Positions 1 to 9,166 of a stretch of 64,000 nt of DNA are shown one piece after another. This DNA comes from Bordetella parapertussis. GTDB taxonomy: Bacteria > Pseudomonadota > Gammaproteobacteria > Burkholderiales > JACQAP01. Position 1 is the stretch's first letter. Every line of letters begins with the position of its first letter. The notes under the pieces are model-generated. The model saw nothing but the letters and a program-made list of their open reading frames with translations. It did no database searches and was not told where the DNA came from. The stretch covers positions 17,732 to 81,731 of the forward strand of contig CAMDKM010000007.1 in assembly GCA_945900965.1 (NCBI GenBank), read 5' to 3'. The position numbers were made by a program, and so were the translations under genes.

Positions 1-34
1 TGTGCCATGATCGCCACATGATGACCGATAACCC

Positions 35-556
35 ATGATTTATTCCCTGGGCGAGAAGAAGCTCGTGACCCGAGGCGATTACTGGATCGCCGACAATGCC
101 TCGATCATCGGCTCGGTGGTGCTGGAACACAACACAAGCATCTGGTTCGATGCGGTGGTGCGCGGGGATAATGACCTGATTACCATCGGCGAGGGCTCCA
201 ATATCCAGGACGGCAGCGTGCTGCATACCGACGTGGGCGTGAAACTCACCCTGGGAAAAAGCGTGACCGTCGGCCACCAGGTGATGCTGCACGGTTGCAA
301 CATCGGCGACGAGACGCTGATCGGCATCAAGAGCACGGTGCTCAACCATGTTCGCATCGGCCGGCACTGCCTGATCGGCGCGCATTCGCTGGTTACCGAA
401 GGCAAGGAGATCCCGGATCGCTCGCTGGTCATGGGCTCCCCGGCGAAAATCATCCGTGAGCTCACCGACGAGGAAGTGGTCCGGGTAATACGCAACGCCA
501 CGCACTACGTCGAGAAATTGGCTTATTACAAGCAACACCTCAAGCCGCAACGCTGA
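35..556 (+). CDS. gamma carbonic anhydrase family protein (YrdA/PaaY-like)
   Basis: Left-handed beta-helix hexapeptides with IWFDAVVRGD, NIQDGSVLH and VGHQVMLHGC metal-binding His motifs. Confidence 0.9.
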   Translation: MIYSLGEKKLVTRGDYWIADNASIIGSVVLEHNTSIWFDAVVRGDNDLITIGEGSNIQDGSVLHTDVGVKLTLGKSVTVGHQVMLHGCNIGDETLIGIKSTVLNHVRIGRHCLIGAHSLVTEGKEIPDRSLVMGSPAKIIRELTDEEVVRVIRNATHYVEKLAYYKQHLKPQR

Positions 557-585
557 AGGAGTTCAATGAATAGAATGGCGCACAA

Positions 586-840
586 ATGAGTTTTTCCGAC
601 ACGGTCATGCATAAATTCGGCTTTCGGATTCGCACCCGCAGCGGCTTGCCGGTGGACAATCTGGTGATTCAGGCGCGCGACCAGGCCGAGGCGGAACGCA
701 AGATCGGAAAAATGTATCTGCACTGCGAAATTGTCGAATGCAAGCAGCTACCTTCGGCAGGGCGCGAAGAGGGCAACGATCTGGACAACATCATTTCGCT
801 GATTGCCCGGCAAAGAGACGAGGAATCGGGCAAGGAATAA
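586..840 (+). CDS. small hypothetical protein
   Basis: 84-aa ORF co-oriented downstream of the gamma-CA gene, ending convergent with parA. Confidence 0.65.
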   Translation: MSFSDTVMHKFGFRIRTRSGLPVDNLVIQARDQAEAERKIGKMYLHCEIVECKQLPSAGREEGNDLDNIISLIARQRDEESGKE

Positions 841-882
841 GGGGCTGACCGTTATGGGCCGTTGCGGGCCATGAGCCACGGA

Positions 883-1677
883 CTACTGGAGGGTGGTTCC
901 GGCTCCTGCCCGGCGCTCGATGAATCCGACCTCGATCAGTTCATCCAGCAGGGCATCGTGATCCTGAGCGCCGCGGCTGCCAGGGGAATGCCTGAAGACG
1001 TCTTTCTTCACAGAAGGGCTTTCGGCAACGCTCACATTCTCGGAAATCCGCGTTTCGCAGACTTCATTACCAAGCCTTCCTCTTAATTCATCGTAAATCT
1101 GCAGGGACATCTTGCGACGGGCATCGTAGCGAGTCACCAGATAACGGCGTAATACGCGCTTTTTGAACACGTGCTCCAGGGCTTTGAGGGTCTTTTCGAC
1201 CTGCTGCACACTTTGCACCGCCAGATAATCCGCCGACACCGGAATCAGTACCCGGTCGGAGGCAAAGATCGCCGACAGGCTCAGCACCCCCAGCACCGGG
1301 CAACAATCCAGCACGATCGGCCGGCCGGTATTGAGGTTTTCCCGCACGATGGCGGTATTGAGCCGATTCAGAATATTGGGCCCCTTGCCGAACTGGGAAT
1401 CGACTTTCGACAATTCGACGTGTGCGGGAATCACCAACCAGCCGCCGGTAGACGGACGGATCAGTTGGGTGAGCGGTTTGGTGGTCTGATAAAAACCAAA
1501 TATCGAATCGTCGGCATTGCCAACCGTGCTCCCGCAGATATAGGAAAGATGGGCCTGCGGGTAGAGATCAATGGACAACGGGTTGTAGTCGCGCCGCGCC
1601 AATGCTGCCGCAAGATTCAGCGATGTGGTGGTCTTGCCGACGCCACCTTTCTGATTGAAGACTGCAATTTTGGCCAT
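883..1677 (-). CDS. ParA/Soj family ATPase (orphan)
   Basis: MAKIAVFNQKGGVGKTTT deviant Walker A; start set at ATG 1677; no parB adjacent. Confidence 0.9.
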   Translation of the reverse strand: MAKIAVFNQKGGVGKTTTSLNLAAALARRDYNPLSIDLYPQAHLSYICGSTVGNADDSIFGFYQTTKPLTQLIRPSTGGWLVIPAHVELSKVDSQFGKGPNILNRLNTAIVRENLNTGRPIVLDCCPVLGVLSLSAIFASDRVLIPVSADYLAVQSVQQVEKTLKALEHVFKKRVLRRYLVTRYDARRKMSLQIYDELRGRLGNEVCETRISENVSVAESPSVKKDVFRHSPGSRGAQDHDALLDELIEVGFIERRAGAGTTLQ

Positions 1678-1755
1678 AACCAGAGCCGAAAGCTTCCTTA
1701 CCAAAATCCGGGGGGAAGACAATACTAACTAAATCATGTTGTTGTCAATGATAAT

Positions 1756-3267
1756 TCAAGGGCTTTCAGGATTTGGCCCCGGCTCGATCCAGGCCCCCGC
1801 CCGTGTCACCGCTTTTTTCCAACGGGCGCGTCTCGTCGCACGCTCGTCCGCGGGGATTTCCGGCTCGAACCGACGTTCGAGTCGCCACTGGGCGGCCAAG
1901 GCATCGGCATTTTCCCAGACCCCTGTCGCCAGTCCCGCCAGATAGGCCGCACCCAGCGCGGTGGTTTCGGTGATCTTGGGTCGCAGCACGCTAACGCCCA
2001 ACAGGTCGGCTTGAATCTGCATCAGCAGATCGTTGCGCGCGGCACCGCCATCGACCCGGAGTTCGGACACCTGCGTGCCGGAATCCGCGCACATGGCTTC
2101 GAGCAGGTCGGCACTTTGGTGCGCAATGGCTTCCAGGGCCGCACGCGCGATATGCGCCGCGCGGGTGCCACGCGACAGGCCTACCAGCACTCCACGGGCA
2201 TGGGGGTCCCAGTAAGGTGCGCCCAGCCCGGCAAACGCGGGGACCATATACACGTCCCCGGTATCCGGCACCAAACGGGCAAGAGGCTCGACTTCTGCCG
2301 ATGCGCGGATGATGCCCAGACCATCCCGCAACCACTGCACCGCCGCCCCGCCGATAAAGACCCCGCCTTCCAGCGCGTAATCGACCCGATTGCCGATCCG
2401 GGAGGCCACGGTGGTCAGCAGGCGATGCCGGGAGACCGAGGGACGCTCGGCCGTATGCATGAGCATGAAACAACCTGTGCCATAGGTATTTTTCACCATG
2501 CCGGCGTGGGTGCACTGCTGCCCGAATAACGCGGCCTGTTGATCGCCCGCCACACCGGCGATCGGCACGGGCCGGCCGAAGTGTGCGGCATCGGTTTCGG
2601 CAATCCAGCCGCTGGACGGCACAACGCCGGGCAACATCGCACGCGGCACACGCAACAAATGCAGCAGATCGTCATCCCACTCGCCGCGATGAATGTTGTA
2701 CATCAGGGTGCGCGAGGCGTTCGTGGCATCGGTAACATGGATGCGCCCGTTGGTCAGTTTCCAGATCAGCCACGAGTCAACCGTGCCGAAGGCAATTTCT
2801 CCGCGCTGTGCCCGCGCGCGCAATGTCTCGTCCTGGTCGAGCAACCAGCACAATTTGGTGCCGGAGAAATACGCGTCGAGCAATAAGCCAGTGCGTTCGG
2901 TAAACAAGGCTTCAACGCCCCGGCTCTTGAGTTGCTCGCAAATTCCCGCACTGCGCCGATCCTGCCAGACGATGGCATTGGTCAATGGTCTTCCGGTCGC
3001 GCGCTCCCAGATCACGGTGGTTTCGCGCTGATTGGTTATGCCCAGCGCGGCCACGTCGTCGGCATGTAATCCCGCCTTGGACAACGCGCTGCGCGCGGTT
3101 GCGATCTGGCTGGACCAGATCTCCTCCGGATCGTGCTCGACCCAGCCGGACCGGGGAAATATCTGGCGAAATTCCTGTTGCGCCATCGCGAGCACGCTGC
3201 CCGCCTCGTCGAACACGATGGCGCGCGAACTGGTGGTTCCCTGATCCAATGCAAGAATGGCCGGCAT
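1756..3267 (-). CDS. glpK: glycerol kinase
   Basis: [55 protein letters not shown] motifs. Confidence 0.95.
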   Translation of the reverse strand: MPAILALDQGTTSSRAIVFDEAGSVLAMAQQEFRQIFPRSGWVEHDPEEIWSSQIATARSALSKAGLHADDVAALGITNQRETTVIWERATGRPLTNAIVWQDRRSAGICEQLKSRGVEALFTERTGLLLDAYFSGTKLCWLLDQDETLRARAQRGEIAFGTVDSWLIWKLTNGRIHVTDATNASRTLMYNIHRGEWDDDLLHLLRVPRAMLPGVVPSSGWIAETDAAHFGRPVPIAGVAGDQQAALFGQQCTHAGMVKNTYGTGCFMLMHTAERPSVSRHRLLTTVASRIGNRVDYALEGGVFIGGAAVQWLRDGLGIIRASAEVEPLARLVPDTGDVYMVPAFAGLGAPYWDPHARGVLVGLSRGTRAAHIARAALEAIAHQSADLLEAMCADSGTQVSELRVDGGAARNDLLMQIQADLLGVSVLRPKITETTALGAAYLAGLATGVWENADALAAQWRLERRFEPEIPADERATRRARWKKAVTRAGAWIEPGPNPESP

Positions 3268-3340
3268 GTTGATTCCTGTTTAAAGGGCTTGCCTTGCCAC
3301 ATGATATCCTCGCGGCACTCGCGCGCAAATCTTCCCGAAT

Positions 3341-4348
3341 ATGAGCACCAATGTTTTTATCGCCGCCCTGGTCCGCATGGGATTGCTGCAAGACGGCGAA
3401 TCCCCGTGCATGACGCCGCTGGCGGGCGGCGTGTCCTCGGATATCGTGCGTGTCGATCTCCACGACAGAACGCTCTGCCTCAAACGGGCGTTGCCCAAAC
3501 TCAAAGTCAAAGCCGACTGGCACGCGCCGGTGGATCGCAATCGTTTCGAAAAAGAATGGTTGCGGGTGGCCGAGCGTATTGTTCCCGAGGCAGTTCCAAG
3601 GGTGCTGGGCGAAGATGCCGAGTCTGGGCTGTTCGCCATGGAATATCTGCCACCCGCCGAGTACCCGGTCTGGAAGGAACAACTGCGAGATGGACACATA
3701 TTGCCAGCCACCGCGGCGGCAGTCGGCCTTCGCGTGAGCGCGATTCATGAGGCCACGGCAGGCCGCCCGGAAATCGCCATCAGCTTTGCCACCGACCCTA
3801 TCTTTTTTCCGATTCGACTCGAGCCCTACCTCCTGGCCACTGCGCAGAAGAACCCGGACTGTGCAGCACGCCTGGAAAGTCTGGTCCGAATCACCAGCGC
3901 CTGTAAAAAAGCGCTGGTGCATGGCGATATCAGTCCCAAGAATATTCTGGTCGGGCCTCGTGGCCCGGTATTCCTCGACGCCGAATGCGCCTGGTACGGC
4001 GACCCGGCCTTCGATCTGGCGTTTTGCCTGAATCACCTGCTGCTTAAATGCGCCTGGCGCCCACGGTGGCAAGGCGCGTATCTGGAAAGTTTTGACGCCC
4101 TGGCCGGCAGTTATCTGGCAGCGGTGAGTTGGGAATCGAAGAACGATATCGAAGCGCGCGCCGCCCATTTGTTGCCTGGTTTGCTGCTGGGGCGAATCGA
4201 TGGACGATCGCCCGTGGAATATCTTACCGACGAGCACGACCGCGAGCGCGTGCGTCAAGTGGCACGCGTGCTCCTGCTCGATCCGGTTGCCACGCTGAAG
4301 CAAGTTCGCGATGCCTGGATCACGCTTTATCCTAGAAACGATGATTGA
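3341..4348 (+). CDS. APH/choline-kinase-fold phosphotransferase, 5-methylthioribose kinase-like
   Basis: PLAGGVSSDI loop, LVHGDISPKNILV catalytic motif, FLDAECAWYGDPAFD. Confidence 0.85.
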   Translation: MSTNVFIAALVRMGLLQDGESPCMTPLAGGVSSDIVRVDLHDRTLCLKRALPKLKVKADWHAPVDRNRFEKEWLRVAERIVPEAVPRVLGEDAESGLFAMEYLPPAEYPVWKEQLRDGHILPATAAAVGLRVSAIHEATAGRPEIAISFATDPIFFPIRLEPYLLATAQKNPDCAARLESLVRITSACKKALVHGDISPKNILVGPRGPVFLDAECAWYGDPAFDLAFCLNHLLLKCAWRPRWQGAYLESFDALAGSYLAAVSWESKNDIEARAAHLLPGLLLGRIDGRSPVEYLTDEHDRERVRQVARVLLLDPVATLKQVRDAWITLYPRNDD

Positions 4349-4500
4349 ATCACGGAGGCCACGGTGTACACGGAGAAAATCCTAGAACTTATACTGTTCT
4401 GGCCAATCACCCAGGCGGCGAACGTACAAAGCAAACTATCGCATTTGTTCTGCCCCGTGGTCTCCGTGTTCTCCGTGATTCAACTGCTTTTTTAAGGTTC
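4329..4500. repeat. miniature inverted-repeat element with CACGGAG-type 9-mer arms
   Basis: Perfect 13-bp IR TTGAATCACGGAG (4345-4357) / CTCCGTGATTCAA (4471-4483) with repeated CACGG/CCGTG units; ends directly at the enolase ATG. Confidence 0.8.
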
Positions 4501-5784
4501 ATGACAGATACCACGATCCAAAAAGTGCATGCCCGCCGGGTATGGGATTCGCGAGGCAGGCCCACTATCGAAGTCGATGTTCGGTTAACCGGCGGAGCGA
4601 TGGGACGGGCGATCGCACCGGCCGGGGCCTCGCGCGGCTCTCACGAAGCAGTCGATTTGCGCGACGGCGGCGAGGCGATGGGCGGCATGGATGTGTTGCG
4701 GGCTGTCGCCAACGTTAATGGCGAGATCGCCAATCTGCTGAGCGGACACGACTCCCTGGATCAAAGCGGCATCGACCGCGATTTGATCGCGCTCGATGGC
4801 ACGACCAACAAATCCCGGCTGGGGGGCAATGCCATGATCGCCACATCAATGGCGGTATTGCATGCCGCGGCCGCTGCGCATCACCAGCCCCTTTATGCCT
4901 GGCTTGCCCAGGGAAAATCCGTTCGCCTTCCACTCCCGGAGATCCAGATTTTTGGCGGCGGTGCGCACGCCGGACGACGCGTCGATATCCAGGATTTCAT
5001 GGTCATGGCTCTCAGTGCGCGCAGCTTCCAGGAAGCGCTGCTCATGACAGCCAATGTCTATCGTGCGGCCGGCGCCCTGATGCAGGAAGCCGGCAAACTG
5101 CAAGGGGTTGCCGACGAGGGCGGCTACTGGCCGGTATTCGCGTCCAACGAGGAGGCTTTGACGATGCTGATACGGGCCATCGAACGGGCAGGCTACCAGC
5201 CTGGTGCGGACGTCGCAATTTCCCTCGATATTGCGGCCTCCGAATTCGGCCGCAATGGCCGCTACTGGCTGGGGCTGGATAAGCGCGAGATGGACAGCGA
5301 TGGCCTGTGCGAGCTGCTGCTGGGCTGGCTTGCGCGTTTTCCGATCGTGTCGATCGAAGATCCGCTGGCGGAAGACGATACTCAGGGCATGCAACGATTC
5401 ACCGCGGCGGCGGGTCGGCGGGTGCAGATCATCGGGGATGATTACCTGGTCACCAACGCCGCGCGGGTAAGCGCCGCCGTCGAGCAGGGTGCCTGCAACG
5501 CAGTGCTGATCAAACCGAACCAGGCCGGCACGGTGACGGAAACCAAGGCCGCGTTGGATGCCGGTCAGCGCGCGGGCTGGGGCACCATTGTCTCGGCTCG
5601 CAGCGGCGAGACGGAAGATGTCACTATTGCACACCTCGCGATGGGCTGGAATGCCGGCCAACTCAAGGTAGGATCGTTCTCGCGCTCCGAGCGCATGGCA
5701 AAATGGAACGAGGTACTTCGCATCGAAGAAGCATCGGGGGCCGACGCCCGTTACGCGGGACGCAGCGTGCTTCCAGCACCATAA
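4501..5784 (+). CDS. eno: enolase-family protein (divergent paralogue)
   Basis: WDSRGRPTIEV, GASRG, DEGG, SIEDP, GDD, LIKPNQ, SARSGETED, RSERMAKWN; start at ATG 4501. Confidence 0.9.
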   Translation: MTDTTIQKVHARRVWDSRGRPTIEVDVRLTGGAMGRAIAPAGASRGSHEAVDLRDGGEAMGGMDVLRAVANVNGEIANLLSGHDSLDQSGIDRDLIALDGTTNKSRLGGNAMIATSMAVLHAAAAAHHQPLYAWLAQGKSVRLPLPEIQIFGGGAHAGRRVDIQDFMVMALSARSFQEALLMTANVYRAAGALMQEAGKLQGVADEGGYWPVFASNEEALTMLIRAIERAGYQPGADVAISLDIAASEFGRNGRYWLGLDKREMDSDGLCELLLGWLARFPIVSIEDPLAEDDTQGMQRFTAAAGRRVQIIGDDYLVTNAARVSAAVEQGACNAVLIKPNQAGTVTETKAALDAGQRAGWGTIVSARSGETEDVTIAHLAMGWNAGQLKVGSFSRSERMAKWNEVLRIEEASGADARYAGRSVLPAP

Positions 5785-5804
5785 CCACACTCGCGGCACA
5801 AATA

Positions 5805-6242
5805 ATGAGCAGCAGACCCGTACCCGAATCGCGTGAGCATTTTCGCCACTTCCAGATCATCCCGACCCGCTGGATGGACAACGATGTCTACGGGCATGTG
5901 AACAACGTAATTTATTACAGCTACTTCGACACCGTGGTGAACCAATACCTGATCGAACGCGGAGTGTTGGAAATCGACACCAGTCCGGTGATCGGTTTGG
6001 TGGTGGAAACCCAATGCCATTATTTTGCCCCGATCACCTTCCCCGATGTAGTCCATGCCGGGTTGCGGGTGACACGTTTGGGCAATAGCAGCGTGCGCTA
6101 CGAAATTGGACTGTTCACGAACCAGGAGCCGACCCCCTCGGCACAAGGGCATTTCGTTCACGTCTACGTCGATCGCGCCTCGCGCCGCTCAACCGCCCTG
6201 CCTGCTACTCTGCGCGCGGCTTTAGAAAAGCTGGTCGTCTAA
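5805..6242 (+). CDS. acyl-CoA thioesterase (4HBT/YbgC family)
   Basis: TRWMDNDVYGHVNNVIYYSYFD hot-dog fold motif. Confidence 0.9.
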   Translation: MSSRPVPESREHFRHFQIIPTRWMDNDVYGHVNNVIYYSYFDTVVNQYLIERGVLEIDTSPVIGLVVETQCHYFAPITFPDVVHAGLRVTRLGNSSVRYEIGLFTNQEPTPSAQGHFVHVYVDRASRRSTALPATLRAALEKLVV

Positions 6243-6244
6243 AG

Positions 6245-6440
6245 AAAATCTTGACGCAAAGGTCGCAAAGAACGCCAAGAAACCCAAGGAAAAGAAACAA
6301 ATTCGAGACAGGGGGCTTGGTGCCTCTTGCAAACGCGTAGCCCCGATGGACGCTTCGAGGAACATCTCTCTCGTTTTTCTTTGCGTTCTTTGCGTTCTTT
6401 GCGTTCTTTGCGAACTTTGCGCCTTTGCGTCGAGCTTTTG
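6245..6440. repeat. CGCAAAG/CTTTGCG inverted-arm element, copy 1
   Basis: Left arm of CGCAAAG units (6253-6290); right arm CTTTGCGTT x3, CTTTGCGAA, CTTTGCGC, CTTTGCGTCGAG (6379-6434). Confidence 0.85.
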
Positions 6441-6450
6441 TTTTCTGACC

Positions 6451-6527
6451 CCAGATCCTCGAATATGTGTCCGTAGCGCGCAACACCAACCGCGCCGCCT
6501 AAGGAATTACGTACCAGTTCAAGTACG
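6451..6527 (-). pseudogene. displaced second copy of the 3' end of the adjacent GNAT gene
   Basis: Translates VLELVRNSLGGAVGVARYGHIFEDL versus the gene end ALELVPGAFAGAAGVVRYGHEFEDL; gapless, 52/70 nt identical by manual alignment. Confidence 0.8.
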
Positions 6528-6533
6528 AAAAGG

Positions 6534-6710
6534 AAAATCTCGACGCAAAGGCGCAAAGACGCAAAGAAATCCAATGCAAAACAGGAAAGGAATCCATGTG
6601 TAAAACGATAGTCGCCATAGTGTTTAGGTGGCTTCTGACAAGGCGTGGCGAGACGTTATTCTTATCTCTTGTTTTTCTTCGCGTCTTTGCGCCTTTGCGT
6701 CGAGCTTTTG
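6534..6710. repeat. CGCAAAG/CTTTGCG inverted-arm element, copy 2
   Basis: CTCGACGCAAAGGCGCAAAGACGC / GCGTCTTTGCGCCTTTGCGTCGAG inverted arms; the right end GCGCCTTTGCGTCGAGCTTTTG is identical to that of copy 1. Confidence 0.85.
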
Positions 6711-6715
6711 TAGTA

Positions 6716-7234
6716 TTAAGTCAGATCTTCGAATTCGTGACCGTAGCGCACAACCCCAGCAGCGCCGGCAAAGGCGCCGGGAACCAGTTCCAGCGCCATG
6801 AATGACTCGGGTGGCGCATCGAATGTCGACTCTATGCCGAATTCGGAGGCCGGGACAAACCCGAAACGCGAGTAATAGTCCGGGTCGCCCAGCACCAGAA
6901 CGCGAGTGTGGCCCATGGCGCGACAACGCTCCAATCCGGCGCTGACCAGGGCACTGCCCACTCCAAGACGCTGAAATGCCGGCACGACGGCGATGGGTGC
7001 GAGGGCGAGTCCTTCCATCTCCAATTCCGCGTCGCCAAGGGCGACGCGCGAAAACACCACGTGACCGAGGATGCGCTGTTTGGTTTCCGCGATCAGTGCA
7101 GTGACAACTCTGTCCGCGGCGCGTAAGCGATCGACCAGCCGGGCCTCCGCATCTCGGCCGAAAGCACTACCCAGCAGTTCGGCAACTGCTTTGGAATCCT
7201 CGACTCTTTCGTCACGCAGACTGGGCATGAGCAA
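6716..7234 (-). CDS. GNAT N-acetyltransferase (YhbS-like)
   Basis: LAPIAVVPAFQRLGVGSALV acetyl-CoA motif, LGDPDYYSRFGF. Confidence 0.9.
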   Translation of the reverse strand: MLMPSLRDERVEDSKAVAELLGSAFGRDAEARLVDRLRAADRVVTALIAETKQRILGHVVFSRVALGDAELEMEGLALAPIAVVPAFQRLGVGSALVSAGLERCRAMGHTRVLVLGDPDYYSRFGFVPASEFGIESTFDAPPESFMALELVPGAFAGAAGVVRYGHEFEDLT

Positions 7235-7263
7235 AATTATAGGCTGACAAAGTATTCATGTCG

Positions 7264-8022
7264 TCAGCCACCCGGCCCGCCCCCGTTGACGAACATGATC
7301 TGGCCGCTCATGTAACTTGCCGCATCGGACACCAGAAACGCCACGGCCTCGGCAATCTCCTCGGGCGTGCCCTTGCGTCCCAGGGGCACGGATCGAATAA
7401 AGGCGTCGGCCTTTTCTTCCCCGATTTTCGCCAGCGATTCGTGGAGCATGTCGGTGGCAATCGGTCCCGGTCCCACGGCATTCACCCGGATGCCGTATCT
7501 GCCCTCTTCCTTGGACAGGATTTTTGTCATGGCTTCCAGACCGATTTTTGAAACCGTGTAAACACCGGCTCCAGCCGGAAAGCGGTTGGTCACGTTCGAT
7601 GACAAATTGACGATGTTGCCGGTGCGGCGCTGGCGCATGTGCGGCAGCACGGCCTGGATCAGATGAAATGGCCCGCTCAGATTGACCCGCAGCACATGAT
7701 CCCAGTCCTGCGCCGAGGTATCGGCCAGCATGACACCCGGAAGATGAACACCGGCATTGTTGACCAGCACGTCAATGCGTCCGAATTGCGCCAACGCTGC
7801 CTGCACCAGCGATCGCGCCGAGTCGCCATCGGCCGCATCCGCGCAGATAGCCTGGGCCTCGCCACCGGCTTTTCGCACCGCGTCTTCGACTTGCACCGCC
7901 GCCTGACGGCCGCGCAGATAAGTGAACAACACCTGGTGTCCGCGCTGCGCGAGCATCATCACAACGGCCCTGCCAATTCCGCGTGACCCGCCCGTGACGA
8001 TGGCAACCGGCTTATTTGTCAT
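7264..8022 (-). CDS. SDR family oxidoreductase (FabG-like)
   Basis: TGGSRGIG, NNAG, YTVSK. Confidence 0.9.
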   Translation of the reverse strand: MTNKPVAIVTGGSRGIGRAVVMMLAQRGHQVLFTYLRGRQAAVQVEDAVRKAGGEAQAICADAADGDSARSLVQAALAQFGRIDVLVNNAGVHLPGVMLADTSAQDWDHVLRVNLSGPFHLIQAVLPHMRQRRTGNIVNLSSNVTNRFPAGAGVYTVSKIGLEAMTKILSKEEGRYGIRVNAVGPGPIATDMLHESLAKIGEEKADAFIRSVPLGRKGTPEEIAEAVAFLVSDAASYMSGQIMFVNGGGPGG

Positions 8023-8025
8023 GCC

Positions 8026-9036
8026 TCAACTCCTGCGTGGCAGACGTCCATTCAAGGGATATTGCGGATCGTTGAATCCCGGCGTGGAGGGATGGCCAGC
8101 CGCCACCAGGGAATCGACCAGCGCCTCGCCGCGCGGGTCGAATTCGTGTTCGAGCGCCTTGAGGTAATCCTGCCACTGCTCCAGCGTGCGCGGACCGCCG
8201 ATGACACTGGTCACGATCGCGTTGTTGAGCACCCAGTTGATGGCGAAGTGTCCGGGGTCCATGCCTTTCTTCTGCGCAAACGTTTTTATCTTTTGCACAA
8301 TCGCCAGCGATTCCTTGCGAAACTCGGTCTCCATCATTCGCTTGTCCGCGCGCCCGGCGCGGGTTCCCTCCGGTGGCGCAACGCCCGGCTGATATTTGGC
8401 CGTCAGGACACCTCTGGCCAGAGGACTGTAAGGCACAACCCCAATGCCATAGTGCCGGCAGGCGGGCAGGATTTCGACTTCCGGCTGGCGGTTCATGGCG
8501 TTGTAGTACGGCTGACAGACAACAGGCAAGGCGACGTTGTGCTCGCGGCAAAGCCGAACCACTTCGGCGATGCGCCATGCGCGAAAATTGGACAACCCGA
8601 AGTAGCGGATTTTCCCCGAGCGCGTCAGATCATCCATGGTTCGCACCATCTCTTCGAGCGGGGCATCCTCGAAATCCCGGTGCAAATAATAAATATCGAT
8701 GTAATCGGTCGCCATGCGCCGCAAGCTGTCGTCGCACGCCTGCATCAGCCAACGACGGCCCAGGCCCGAGCGGTTGGGTCCTTCGCCCATGCGGTTGCCA
8801 CCCTTGGTCGCCAACACCCAGTGCTGGCGGGCTCTGGCAATGAGCTTGCCGGTAAGGCGCTCCGACTCGCCCTTGGCATACTGGTCGGCAGTATCGATGA
8901 AGTTCACGCCGGCGTCCTGGGCCGCGCCGACGATACGCGAGGATTCCGTTTCGTCCGTGCGATCACCGAACATCATGGTGCCCAGGCACAACACCGAAAC
9001 TTCCACGCCGCTGTTGCCCAACTTTCTGTATTCCAT
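8026..9036 (-). CDS. aldo/keto reductase
   Basis: MEYRKLGNSG, LGTMMFG, DTADQY, ATK, DIYYLH, YSPLARG; start at ATG 9036. Confidence 0.92.
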   Translation of the reverse strand: MEYRKLGNSGVEVSVLCLGTMMFGDRTDETESSRIVGAAQDAGVNFIDTADQYAKGESERLTGKLIARARQHWVLATKGGNRMGEGPNRSGLGRRWLMQACDDSLRRMATDYIDIYYLHRDFEDAPLEEMVRTMDDLTRSGKIRYFGLSNFRAWRIAEVVRLCREHNVALPVVCQPYYNAMNRQPEVEILPACRHYGIGVVPYSPLARGVLTAKYQPGVAPPEGTRAGRADKRMMETEFRKESLAIVQKIKTFAQKKGMDPGHFAINWVLNNAIVTSVIGGPRTLEQWQDYLKALEHEFDPRGEALVDSLVAAGHPSTPGFNDPQYPLNGRLPRRS

Positions 9037-9166
9037 CACTCCTCCGGTATTTCGAGCGGATTTTGGGCTCGCATGATGCCGTATCGAGGGCATTACATGC
9101 AAACGCGCTTGAAGGGACGCCAACCAGGGTGCTATAAACGGTGTTTTCCGATCTGGTGCACAGCCC

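Noticed and set aside
4345-4500. 52-aa N-terminal extension of the enolase
   Set aside because: It is derived from the repeat element; enolase homology begins at ATG 4501.
6451-6790. DGR template/variable repeat pair at the GNAT 3' end
   Set aside because: Mismatches involve all four bases rather than only adenines, and no reverse transcriptase is present in the window.
6205-6805. Short ORFs 6205-6489, 6239-6574, 6346-6603 and 6596-6805 as genes
   Set aside because: They are translations of repeat arms (KNAKNAK, LCVLCV); only the GNAT-tail segment has protein-like signal.
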